Origin: Paragordius varius
Lineage: Eukaryota; Animalia; Nematomorpha
DNA length: 64,000 bases
Assembly: GCA_964247055.1 (NCBI GenBank)
Contig: OZ176056.1
Location: 3,410,001-3,474,000 of the forward strand
Reading direction: 5' to 3'
Both the position numbers and the translations under genes were made by a program. Shown piece after piece: positions 27,271 through 40,200 of the stretch. The notes beneath the pieces are model-generated. The model did no database searches. It saw only the letters and a list, made by a program, of their open reading frames with translations, and was not told where the DNA came from. The number at the start of each line of letters is the position of its first letter. Position 1 is the stretch's first letter.

Positions 27271-30200
27271 TTTTATTAAGGCTTTATAATTGTATTTTCT
27301 TTAAAATAGATTTAAAAACTAATATTGTTATAAAATAATTAAGATACTTGTCTTTATAATAACGAGCGAGTTTAAATTACTATTTGAGTAAAATGATTTG
27401 AATATTTGTGTAATATAAAATCTAAATTTTACCACGTCTTAAAGTACTATTTTATGTAATTACATTTGTAATTTTATCATTAAAATTGAATTCTTACTCC
27501 TAATAAAATATATAAATTATTTATTAGATAATTGGCTTTATCATTATTATAATAACACTTAAACTGCTTAAAAGCTTTAATGACATTTCAAAAAAAGGCA
27601 TTTTAGAAATGCCACAATTTTTACTTTAGTAAATTGAATAACAGTGTTAGTTCACCACTGATGGTTATATTAGGTCAAAAGATTGATAATTTTTTCCTTG
27701 ATTAAATTAATATTTTTGAAAAATATATAAAGTATAATATGTTTCTATGTTTAACAACTGTTTATAAGTGTTCGCACAAGGTCCTCACAATATTTTGTGC
27801 GCCCGCGAAAGATTGGAATTATCTAAAAAGGAAAATCAATGAATATGCCTACGAAATCTAATCAAAAATTGATTCTTGCTTACCATTATATAATTTTTCT
27901 CTCATTTTTTTACATTTTCGAATAATTTTACAGCGAAATAAAACAGTTAATCACGAAAACATAAATTGGAGGATTCGTTAATTTAATGTGTGAAATTAAA
28001 AATCTATTTAACGTCAACATTGCTCATGACAGTTATAATTAATCCGAAAATCATTTTGAAAGAAAACATTGTTTTTGTCCTGAAAGACAAAGGTTTTTAA
28101 GAAATAAATTTATATTCCAAAAAAACTGGAGGGAAACAGAACAATTGTACACTAATCATTTGGTTTATGCAAGACTGTCAGTCGTTCGTGCGGCGGATAA
28201 GCCATGCTTCGTAAAATTAATAAAAACTTGAAAAATAAAATAGGACAAATCGCTTTGCCCTTAACAAATGCATGAATAAAAACTGTAAGAAATTTAGTCA
28301 GAGTGTCTGTGTTAATTGATATTATTTATATTTCGTGAATGTGGAATTTAGGTTATATTAATATCAAATGCTCTGTCCCTATTTGTCTCTAAGTTCAATG
28401 TCATCATTGCGGAATCAGACTTATATTGGCTCATTTGGCTTAAAACCTATTTATTTTTAATTTAAGATTCTTTAAATATTTTTTCCCACTCATAAATCGA
28501 AAGAATAATATAAAAAAAGAAGCGATGGTAAACAATCGTTATCTCCAAAACTTAAAAATCCATGTTAAATGAGAAAATATATAATATTTGTCAATTTATA
28601 TGGAAAATTCCCTTATGAATTATTTGCGTTTTATTTTCCGTATAATCATTTATTGATTATAATTATACATAATTAATAATAAATAGATGGCTTATATTCT
28701 ATATAAAGACACGTGTATAATCAGATATTAAAATTTATTATAACATTAAAAACACACTTTGCCTATTTTTACTCCAAATAAGCCTTATGAAAAATATATG
28801 AACGTTAAAATATAATGGTATGTGTGTTTTAGATGTGTTAAGAGTTAGAGGATGTATAAATAAATTTTGCCAAATGTTTCTGGCTAATTTCTTCTTGAAA
28901 ACAAAAATTTTTTATACTATTAAGAAATTAAATACTTAGCTTGCTTTCGATCATCACCTTCTGTCCGATAGGGTGGGGTAATGAAAAAGTCGCACTTGAC
29001 TTGTAAGTCAAGCGTGGTAAGTTGAGCAAGTTTACATAAGCCAGCAACTGTACACTTGAAGCTCGGTGATAAAAAACACTTAAGTCAAAACTATTATGAA
29101 TGAATCTTTTTGCCACACAATTTAAATTTTACGAAAATTATTTGATTATTTTCAGCCAAAATTTATGAAATAAATCACAAAAGATAAACAATTAATACAT
29201 TATGCATTTAAAGTTTTTCAAACTTATTACAAAGTTTCTAATTTTTAAATTGATAAAACCTATCGCCCTTAAAACACTCTCTATTATTTTACCACATTAC
29301 TCATTTTGTTTGGAGATCATAAGCAAATATAATGGGAATATGTTGATTCAATGTATATTATTATTTATTGATTATCAAAACATTGGAAATATATTTATAA
29401 TGAATAAATTATTTACATTATAGTGAAGTAACCTTTCGCGTTTATTAAGATTTGATATTTTACAAGATTAATTAATTATAAATATAAGAAATTTTCGACA
29501 ATCAAATTTTTTGCGGGTCCATGGAATCGATATATTAGCATCTTTTTATATGCCATGTTCTTAAATATTAGCATATTTTTTTTAATTTCGCTTTTGACCC
29601 AACGGAAAAGTTTGAAATGGTGATTTTATAATTTTTTTTATAATTTTAAGCATGCGTCTTAAAAGCCAAAGAATATTTTTTAATTCGGCTTAATACCTTA
29701 AATTTCAAGATATTCAAAAATTTCAATCAGTTTTGGGATATATAACTATCCCAAAAGGTCATGAAGTGTTAACCAAAATTAAATTTTCATTTTTATTTAC
29801 ATTAGATGAATAAATTAATATAGGAGAGGATTTTTTAAATTCCTAAGAATATCCTAAATGTATATTATCGACAAAAATATAAGATTTTTTCATGGGGTTA
29901 AAAGATTACATATTAAAGTAAAAAATGGCACTTTTGTCCTGAAATTTAAATAAAAAATTTAATACTTCGGTATATTTACTATACTTAAAAAGTTTACTCA
30001 ATAATCGTGTTTATAAAATGATTTATGCCCCATATAAAGAATTTTTTTGATTATTACAAAGGGAAAATAGCGCATTTTTATAAATTTCGACTATATACAT
30101 TTTTTCATTGATTCAATTAAATTATTATCACGATAAGATTTTGTTTCAAAAAGGGATTAATAGCCATAACGATACTAAATAGATCTCAATTTTGGGTACA

Positions 30201-30491
30201 AAATTCTCAAAATAAAATTTTCTACGTCGAATTTTTTAGAAAGGTATTGATGGTAGTATATTTAGATTTTATAAAATAATTCCTAGACAACAGCCATAGC
30301 TATCCTAACTGTTTGATACAAAAAAAATTTTTACATATAAGTAAACAATTTATAAAACACGAAATGGGAATTTATAGTCACAATAATATAGAAATTATCT
30401 TTAATTTATTTTATACATATCAATTACAAAATCACTAATTAAAAATTTTGTATTAAAATAATGTATGGCATATATAAAATAAATTTTTGAA

Positions 30492-30958
30492 TTATGCTTC
30501 ATAGCTTTCTTTAAGACCAAAACGAGATCCCTTCAATATATCGTCATATATGTATGGCGTATTTTTAGGACTTATTAACATTTGACGAGCTAAAAATGTA
30601 TTGGCTGGTATTTGATTTAAAAAATTTTGGAGAATGTAAAGTTTACCATTAATAATTTCCGTAGTTTTTGAGTTATTATTTTGAGATTGCAAGTTAATTT
30701 GATTCTTCAAATTACGGGACTCAATAAGAGAATAATATTTTAAAAACTTTTTTTGCAATCTTTGATCAATGCGTTTTTTACTTTTGTAATTAGGTGCAGT
30801 TTTATTATGTCTCCTATCAATATGTTTTTTCTTTACGGCCTTATTAATGGATCCTTGGACTAATATATCTTGCTGTATTGGAACCCATTGTTCCTCCAAA
30901 GAAAACCCTGATTCAGCAAATAAATTACTGGAAACATTAGATAAACCTTTATTATAAA
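30492..30958 (-). CDS. Candidate terminal exon of an unknown gene
   Basis: Open ~155 codons from an AG acceptor at ~30959; possible upstream exon at ~31028-31074 across a ~69-nt GT-AG intron; no recognisable domain. Confidence 0.35.
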
Positions 30959-31471
30959 CTAAATATTACTTATATTTTCTAAATTAATTTCTGAAGCGTC
31001 GGAAAAACATTGATTATATTTATTACATATTGGGTCTATTTTGGCAAATAATCTCTTTTCAAAGTTGGCGGGCATTGAAGTAAACCATATGAAACAAAGA
31101 AATATTAATCATAAATAATTCCAATTACCGAGGTAGATTTTAGGTAAAACATTGATTTTACATTTTAGATAAAGCTTATTTATATTTTTATAGCTTTTGC
31201 TTTATTTTGCTTGTATCTCAGAATTACAGATATTAGGTTAAACGAAAGGCGCATCATGGCATATTCGAATAAAGTCCACAGGTTGAGAATCAAAAATCTA
31301 CTAAAATTTGAACATCACGGTCCTTGAATTTCCGAAGGAAAAATTAGCGTATATTTAAATAATGCCAACGATGCGCGATAAAAAGTGCATATATACTTAA
31401 TGTCAAAAGAGTTTTTCCTAAAATTCATTAAATTAATTTCTATGGACGCAGTGATATATATTAAATTCTAA

Positions 31472-33543
31472 CACTTCCATATAAATTGGGGAGGGTATCT
31501 AAATACCCAAGACTGATTTTAATTTGGATTCTTAAACTACTGAAGGAAACGGTCCCAATTTAAATTTATGACTATCCTAATAAATATTATATAAATATGC
31601 CAAAATAGCTAAATAAAATTTTGTTTTGAAAAAGTTCCACGTCAAATTACTTCGATTTTAATTTTACAAATTTTTTGCAAAATACCTTTTTCATTTAATT
31701 TTAGGGTAAAATTTAGGCTAATTTCAATTAAATTACATCTAATATTGAATTAGAAAAAGCGGTTTATTTTGTATCACCCGGTTTTAGCTCAAAATAAATA
31801 ATATCAAGTATTTTTGAATAAATTTCTATATATTTCGGTTTATTAATGTTTATATAAGTGCTAATTGCCATGGTTTCGATTCCTTCCATATTTTTTAAAG
31901 AATTTAATTTTTAACAGGCCTGGGTTATCCAACTATCCCAATTTAAATCGAATGACTAAAATGATTGTGTTGGTTTAAGCGTTAATTGAGATCTTTAAGA
32001 TTGTAAACAGTTCTATGCTCATCAAAATTTTGCGATAAATTAATTTTTTTACAAAATAACATTTTTTCGGGAAAATTTTTTTTGATGTTATTATAATATT
32101 TTTATCGAGATTCTCGATTTTATGCGTTTATTTGCATTAGCTCATATTGGAGAAGGCGAAAAAACTTGAGACTTTGAAAGTCACATCTAAATAAAATTTA
32201 ACAAAAATAGTTTGCTTTCATTTAAATATATTTTGAAATAAGGCGTTTACCTTACTAAAAAATTTAGCCCTAATTTTGCCTTTTTTGATATTGATTATCA
32301 CAATTATGGGAATTCGCTTATAATAGCTAAAACAAAGAGCACCATGAGAATCCTAATATATTTTCTATTCAGATATATATATATATATAGAAATATATAT
32401 TTCAGGATATTTTTCGGGCGTGCGATATGGTAAATTACTGCAAACCGCGGTCCTAAATGTGTTTTTTTGTGTCCCATAATTATGTGATTTTGTAATCCAA
32501 TTATAGTAAGTATATTATTTGTGAATGTGTCAAACAACAAAATTTTCATCGGTATTATATTGTATGGTGCATGGCCCTTGAGAAAAATATTTGCAGCCCT
32601 TTATATTTTTTTGTGAGTATCACTGTGCTAGATTTTAATAAAATTATTTTTGATAATACATAAACTTTAAATAATTCATGAAGCTTTTTTGATAAAGTGC
32701 GCATGGTAAAAGCCAATGCTTTATTCCAAATATCCTTATTATAATTATAGACTAAAAAGCAAAAATATAAATAATTTTAATTGTTAGATGTTCGTTGCAA
32801 AAGCATCAAATCTAACTATATTTTTAACAGAGTATGGATTTTCTTTTCATTTTTTCGATGTCACAATATACATTATAAACCATTTAGACTTTAGACCATA
32901 AATTCAACCCTGATTCAAATTCACTTTAAAATAAGTTATCTTTGCTTAGATAATTACCCATATTTTTTATATTTTAAAAAATGATACATCGTTCGATACA
33001 CTTGGATACAACACATTCATTTTAGTTCTTTGATTTAAATTGGGTTAGTTAAATACCCCAGCCCTGTTTAATATTTAATTCTTTTAAAAATATGGAAGGA
33101 ATCGAAACCATGGCAAAATTTTGCACTTATATAACATTAAACCGAAATATATAAATTATATTCAACAATACTTGCTATCACTTATTTAAATAAAAAATCG
33201 AAAGGTTGCAATGGTAAAATTGAAAAATAAATTCAAAGCAAACCGCTTTTTCTATTTTTATTAATGTTAGATGTAATTTAAATAAAAAATTAACTTTAAT
33301 TTTACCCTTAAATTAAATGAAGACGATATTTTGCAAAAACTTTGTAAAATAAAAATGGCGTCGAAGTAGTTTGACATGGAACTTTTTCAAAACAAAATTT
33401 TATTCAGATATTTTGGCATATTTATATAATCTTTATTAGGATAGAAGCATAAATTATTGGGACCGTTTCCTTCAGTAGTATTTTAAAAATCCTAACTCAA
33501 ATTTTGTCTGGGGTATTTTGATCCCTTAATTTAAATTGAAGTG
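31472..33543. mobile_element. Long-TIR (foldback / piggyBac-like) non-autonomous element
   Basis: Arms ~31472-31985 and ~32995-33543 are diverged reverse complements; ends CTAA|CACTTC and GAAGTG|TTAA; arm fragment also at ~11460-11672. Confidence 0.8.
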
Positions 33544-34246
33544 TTAAAATACCGAAAAAATAATAAACTAAACCAAAATGATATAATTCAATAAATAATG
33601 AGTTATATTAGCCGAAAACACAATTAATTTTTAGGGTGAATTTTAATTGTTTGAGGGTGAATTGGAGTTTGTCAAGGATGAATTTGAATTGTATATAGTT
33701 TAAAAATTGCGTTGCAAACCTCGCCATTTTTGCGTTATGGAAACAGACCCATTTTATGAGGACCCAAAAGTATATTTGCCTTAATCTCAAAAAAAATACA
33801 TAATTTTGGTTAGCTTTTTTTAATGATATAAATTTATGGACATTGTGCTAAATATTTTTTGTAATGACGTTTTTTATTCATAAGGCCCAATACCCAAAGC
33901 ACCAGCCTGGTACATTAATCTTTTAGTAAAGATAATTTCAACAACCCTCGATTTTTGCACTGTCCTATGTTTTAAAGCAGAGCGGAAAAGGTATAAAAAC
34001 ACTTTAAGATATAGCACTTTTTCTACATTAAGGTTAATTTTAATTATGATTATAATGAGTGTGATCTTAAAGTAAATTTTTAAACCCATTTTATATTTAC
34101 AATCCATAAAAAATTTATTTTGAGATATCAGATAGGTTGATTTTCAATGATAAAAATAAATTTTGTACAAAAATGCTACTAAGTAATTAAGATAAAACAA
34201 CATATTCAATATAAATTATGATGGTAGAAGGGAAAAGTATAAATTT

Positions 34247-34281
<35 letters not shown>

Positions 34282-34287
34282 TTTTGG

Positions 34288-37200
34288 TTATATATAAATT
34301 GGTTTATTTGTATTGTTATTCATATTAATATTAGTGTTGTGATATTGGAGATTATTGTTATTAAAACCGCTGTGGCTTCGGAATTCACCCGATAAATCTG
34401 TATTATTGTTATGAGTGTGATAAAGGGATGGATCTATATTATTTGATAGTAAAAAGTTTTCTAATGCAGTCATATCGTCTTCCGACATCAAACCGTTCAA
34501 CGGGCCTTCATTAACCGAAGGTGAATTTGATAGTTGGTCTCTAAATAGTGAATCATACGGGCTATCGACCAAACTATTGTTATTCATGTAATTAGCATTC
34601 TTCTCTGTAAGTGTATTGGTTGAAACTGATGCATTTAAGTTTTGTGGGAAATTAAAGTTTTTATGAATGGTGGCGGCTTCCATGTGCCCATTATTCGTTG
34701 ATGCTGAGATCTGATTACATGAGAAATGGACTGCCTGACCGGTCCCCTGACCATCAGGCGGACTTTTCTCAGGTGTAAGCAGAGAGGGTGAATACTTGAT
34801 AGGTTCGCGACATGGTATAATATTTAATTGTTGTTGTTGTGATTGATTCTGAGCATTTTGATAAATATTCGCGTCCTGCGTCGTTTGATGATAATAGTAA
34901 TAATGAGAATTTGATGGGACAGGAGCCATGTTTGGATAATAATTGCCTTTATTAACATTGTAATTATTAGGTACTGAGGTTACTGAAGTTACGTTAAGGT
35001 GTGTTGGAGGTGGGGTAATTTCACCCAAAACCTCGGCGGCAGATTGCTGAGATAGCGGTTTATTACTGTTTGTCATTACAACTTTTTCCGTTGTTCCTTC
35101 GGATGGATTTAGTGGAGTGCTGCTAGCACAAGTTTTAGATTGGTTGGCTTTCTTAGACGATTTTGTTGTATTACCACTGCCTAAGGTGTTTTTGTTTGGG
35201 GGTGAGTTCTGTTGATTATTAGGTTTTGCAATTTCCAATATCGGGTAAAGTTTAGCTGTACAACGGGTTCCGTTCTGGACTTGAGTTGCAGATTTATTGC
35301 TATTTTGTGTACCTGTGCTGGAGGCGGGTGATACTGCAGTGATTGAACTACTATTATTCTTTTTATTAATATTCTTATTTATTTCTCGGAGTGGAATTAA
35401 ATCATGATGATGATGATGAGCTTTAGAATTTGGTATCATTGTTGGCGGGCTATTCGCCGTATTTTCATTTAATTTGGCCACTACCTGATAACCATTTTGT
35501 ATGGCTGGAGTAGCAGCAGTATTATTCGGTAAATGAGCCTCTAAAAGACTCAAAGAATTTTTCCATTTCGCATTATTGGTGCCGCCACCACCGTTATTAA
35601 GATCAGACGACGACCTAGATTCAATGAGTTGACAAATATCCATATGCATTCTTTCTCGTGCAATATCGCACGGGAGCATATCGACATTGTTCACAATTTC
35701 AGTGTTTGCTTTGTATTCTGAGGTGAGAATACGAGCAGATTCGAATGCCCCCTCCCGAGCGGCTAAAAACAATGGTGTTTCATCCTAACAAAAGAGATAA
35801 ATTTTTAAAATTAATATATATTGTAAAAAAACTATATTGTTGCTTGTAAAAATAATTTAATATGCATGAAATAAATATTTTCAAAATATTTACCTTGGCA
35901 TCTTGTACATCTGGACTGGCTCCATTTTTGAGAAGTAGCTCAACCATATGGTAATTATTGACCGCTGAAGCCCAATGTAAAGCAGTTCGACCTAATCATA
36001 ACACAAAAATAAATAATAAAGAGTAATCAATTATTTAGTATTTTAAGTTATGGGTTATTAATGTTATCGGAAATATATATATTTACTGATTAGAATAATA
36101 AGAAAAAAAAGAATAACTTTCTACATTTCTTATTTTCGACCCAAAAATAGGTTATATTTCATATTTCAAAAAATTAAGGTTAAAAGAATTTGTTTCATAA
36201 ATAAAGTATTGTCTTTAAAATTTGTTTGATTATCATTTTAATTTTTATTGAAACCTCTAGCCTAAAAAACACGTAAAAGGAAAAAAAATATTTTAGTAAA
36301 TGTCAGCAGGAAACATTAACATACCATTTTCATCTAGGAGGGTTAGATCGGCACCCGCTTCAATGAGTAGGGAAGGAATAGGTGAATCATTAGAACATAT
36401 GCGGGCAGCTAGCATAAGAGGTGTACTTCCATCCAAACTTTGTGCATCCAAATCTAAACCTATAGTTATTTGGGCGTAAGCATTATTATAAAAATCTCAT
36501 GTTGTTTATTTTGAATTGAGTAATACGTCGTAATTGATTCAATAATCTTATATAGTAAAAATGTGTTGCAAACGAAAAATGAAACAAAAAGAGAATAATT
36601 TATGTTTTAAGTGTGGCTAAAACATTCATTATATTTAATGTTTTATGAAGCAAAATTCGTGATAGAATTTTTAAAATAAAAAAATCACAGCTGTACAACA
36701 CAAATGGCTTTTGAGCGCATTTTCTAATCAAAACAATCCGACGGCCCGCCTCTGCAAAATAGGCATCAAAAAATATTTAATTAGATTTTATATATCAGAC
36801 TGTAAAAAGTACTATTTATTTTAAAATTTTTTGCCAGTTAATTGCCAAAATTCGGAAAGATTTTTGCAGAAATTTTGTTATGACAATCAATTTAACTTAG
36901 ATTATATTTTGTATGTGAAATTTCTCGCGGGCTGCACAAATATTTTGGATGCGTGCTGGACACCCCAGGCTTAAATCATCATTGTACAAATGATATTTGA
37001 CCTGATATAATGAAAATAAAAACTAACCAAAATATATATAAATTAACTACCAATTTTTGGTTGTTTTTGGTGATGAGATTCTTTAACGGACTCAGGACCG
37101 TTGAGTAGAGATTTATTATTATTAGTAGCTGTTGTTAGACCTTTATTATTAAGGCTAGGGGATGATGAGTTAACATAACGCAAAAGTAAATGAATAACTC

Positions 37201-40200
37201 CAATGGCATCACAAGCTATAGCGGTGTGAAGTGGCGTCCTACCCATATAATCTGTGGCATTTAGATCGGCGCCTAAATCGATCGATTGAAATGAAATGAT
37301 ATAAAATGTCATAAAAAATTATAGGTAAAGAAAATGAAATTAGGCAAATATATGGTTTTTAATATACTTTAAAATCATATATTCTTTATTTTATCAAAAA
37401 TTTATTTTTTTTCCGTTAAATGGATATAAATATTTGGAAAAGAATGGAAAATATAAGATCTCTATGGTAATTCTTATACCTTTTTGACAAAAATGATATT
37501 GATAATACCATAGAGCTCTTGTTTTTTCCATTCTTTACCAAATATTAATACCCATTTAATAAAAAAAACTTTTGCAAAATAAAGTATACATGACTGTAAA
37601 GTATCATTTACCGATATAAGATTATAAAAAGTTGGTACATCAAAAACATTTATAAGGTTAAAGTCAGATTCAAAATCTGCCTAGAAAGCTTTGCAGATAT
37701 AATAATCAATATAACATTATTTTTCAACGACTAAACATTCAATATTCCAAATAAAAAAGTAACATTTATAACGCTTTTAGTTTTATATCACACATAGACA
37801 CGTAAAAAAGTGATAACTATATAACTCTTTTATAATCAGATCATCAAAAGGATTTGGTACCAATCTTTTCAAATGTGATAAAATCATACCAGCTTCAAGC
37901 AGGTATCTAGCCGAATCTGCGCGCGCAAAACGTGCTGCTAAATGCAAAGGAGTTTCTAGGGTGTCTTCCGTTTTGTGTTCAACATTCGCGCCTTGTTTTA
38001 TAAGCGTATGGATTGCTACATTAGTTGTCGACGATAGCTCATTCTCATTATTTATCTTTCCATCCTGACCGGTGTTTACAGCAGTAGCTGAAACCATTAA
38101 AGGTGTTATGCCACGTGGGCCTAGGGCATCGATTTGTTCTGGAGTCATAAGATTCGTATTTGAATTTAAATTAAAATGCGGGGCTTGCCATGGTTTACTA
38201 TCAAGTTCCAAGCTAACCCAAGCAGGGGGATGCTGGCCATTAGTACTATGCTGTAATACTTCAGGAATGTAAGAATATTCTGCAATGGGAAGTGTTCTAC
38301 ATGTTTCGCCAGTATCGATATTATTATTGGTATGTATGTTACTATATGCAGGTTGTTGCATATTTCTAAAATGATAAATGATAAAGTAAAATTTACGAAT
38401 ATTAAATCTTAAACATATTTGTGTATTTGATAATTTTAGCCAATTTAATTAACTTTTTACCTCAGATCCTTTTATGGTTGTCAGGAAATATAAAATTTTA
38501 TTATAATGCAAATTAACCACCCTGTCCTAATATTAGATTTAATTTAAAGAAATATAAACTTAGTATGATTCACATTCAAATAAAATTTAGCCTATACTAA
38601 AAAGATCATGGAATCGCTGCATAAAAAAATACTAAAACAATGAAACAATGTGATAAATCCGGGTGATGATCCATATAAAAAAGTTAAAAGAAAATCTAAA
38701 TTTTATCATTTAACCAAAACATACACAAAACAGAAATTAAAAAGGCAAAGCATGCCCACCTTTCATTTGCGTTTGGGTGCGGTGAGGAAGTTACAAATTT
38801 TTTGGTGCCATCCGATTTTTCATCATAATTATAGTAAGGATACTGTTGTCGCTTATCCGTCGTCATGTTATTCTCGTCACCTTTGCAGTAATAATAATTA
38901 TTCTGGCAATTGGAATTGGAATTATTATCACTAATCATATGAATCAGGGCTGGGTTATCAATCGAAACAATGTTTGAAGGTGTCTTTCCAGACAAATAAT
39001 CATTAGGCCGCCCAATTTCACTCAGGCCCAGAAGAGTTTCTACATTAGCGGTAATGCCCATGGGTGAAGCCGAATATACATTAGGGTTAGCTAGCGTTTT
39101 ACGTTTAGCTTTTAGCATAAATCTTTCATTCATTGAAGGATTTATTGCAGGTGGGACAAAAAAATCTAATCTGCACTCTTTTCCGATGGCGCCAGCTGTA
39201 GTATACATTATAGGATCGTTTTCTTCATTCTCCTCGTCATTTAATATGTTGTCCCACGAATTATTGGGTTGTTTATTTGCGTGCCCTTGATTTCCCCCTT
39301 GTTTCATATCATTTCTTGGGGCTGTTGACATACTTATTGCTAAAATAGAAACGAATCAATGGTTAGACGTTTTTAAAGTAAAAAGTTATTTTTTTGTGTC
39401 TGCATGTTTTAAAAAATAACTTTTTTGTTATGATGTTATAGTATACTACACTATATAATAAAATTAACAATTTTTTTTCCACAGTTATATCTTTAAAAAT
39501 ATGCCCGAAAACCAATTCGCCTTCAACATATTCAATCATAAATCATAACTTGAAATGGTTTCAAATATTTATGTACACAGATTTTAATTTTTAATATTTA
39601 TATTTAATGAAAAAAACCATTCATACCTGTTCCCGTTAACGTTGAAGCGCTATCATCAAAATAACCATTTTCCTCCCCATAATAATCCAATCTGGGTGTT
39701 TGACCGGCATCAAATCTGTTGTAAAGTTGATCTTTGTAATAAAAATCTGGATATTTTTGCTGTTGATGTTTTAGGTTTTGAAAATTTTGATTTGGATAAT
39801 GATGAAATTGTTTTCCTGTCCCTATTCCTGCTTTTTGTCGTTTAGCACCCATGACAGGCATAAAATCTTCGGTATCATGCATAGGTTCAACAAATGATGT
39901 ATCCTTCATTGATTTATTCGTCCCATTATTGGTATCTCCGTATGCGCGATGATCAAATTTAACGATGTTTTTAAAGCCTTCCGGGAACCAAGTTATACCT
40001 CGACTTAAGCGTTTTCGTTTAGTGTTGGTCCCTTTAACAGTGGGTGTTTGATGATGATGGAAACTGGTGTACATTACCCCAACGATGAGTGTAAGCAAAA
40101 GTAGTATAATACAAGCTATAAAGGTTGCGGTCAGCTTTCCAGTTGAACCAAATATACTACTACTGGTCTTATCATTGTTAATGCCGTTTATATCGTCCCC

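Larger units (their letters stand above)
18984..28850. repeat. Segmental tandem duplication, copy B (part matching visible copy A)
   Basis: Same anchors as copy A; offset 18983 at the start, shifting with indels. Confidence 0.93.

Noticed and set aside
30500-30530. RFamide neuropeptide precursor (GSRFG)
   Set aside because: Gly is followed by Leu, not a basic cleavage site; single copy; no clear signal peptide with a start codon.
36690-36975. Possible hAT MITE in Notch intron 27 (similar to ~27770-27820)
   Set aside because: Only one terminus-like end seen; no matching TIR or TSD.
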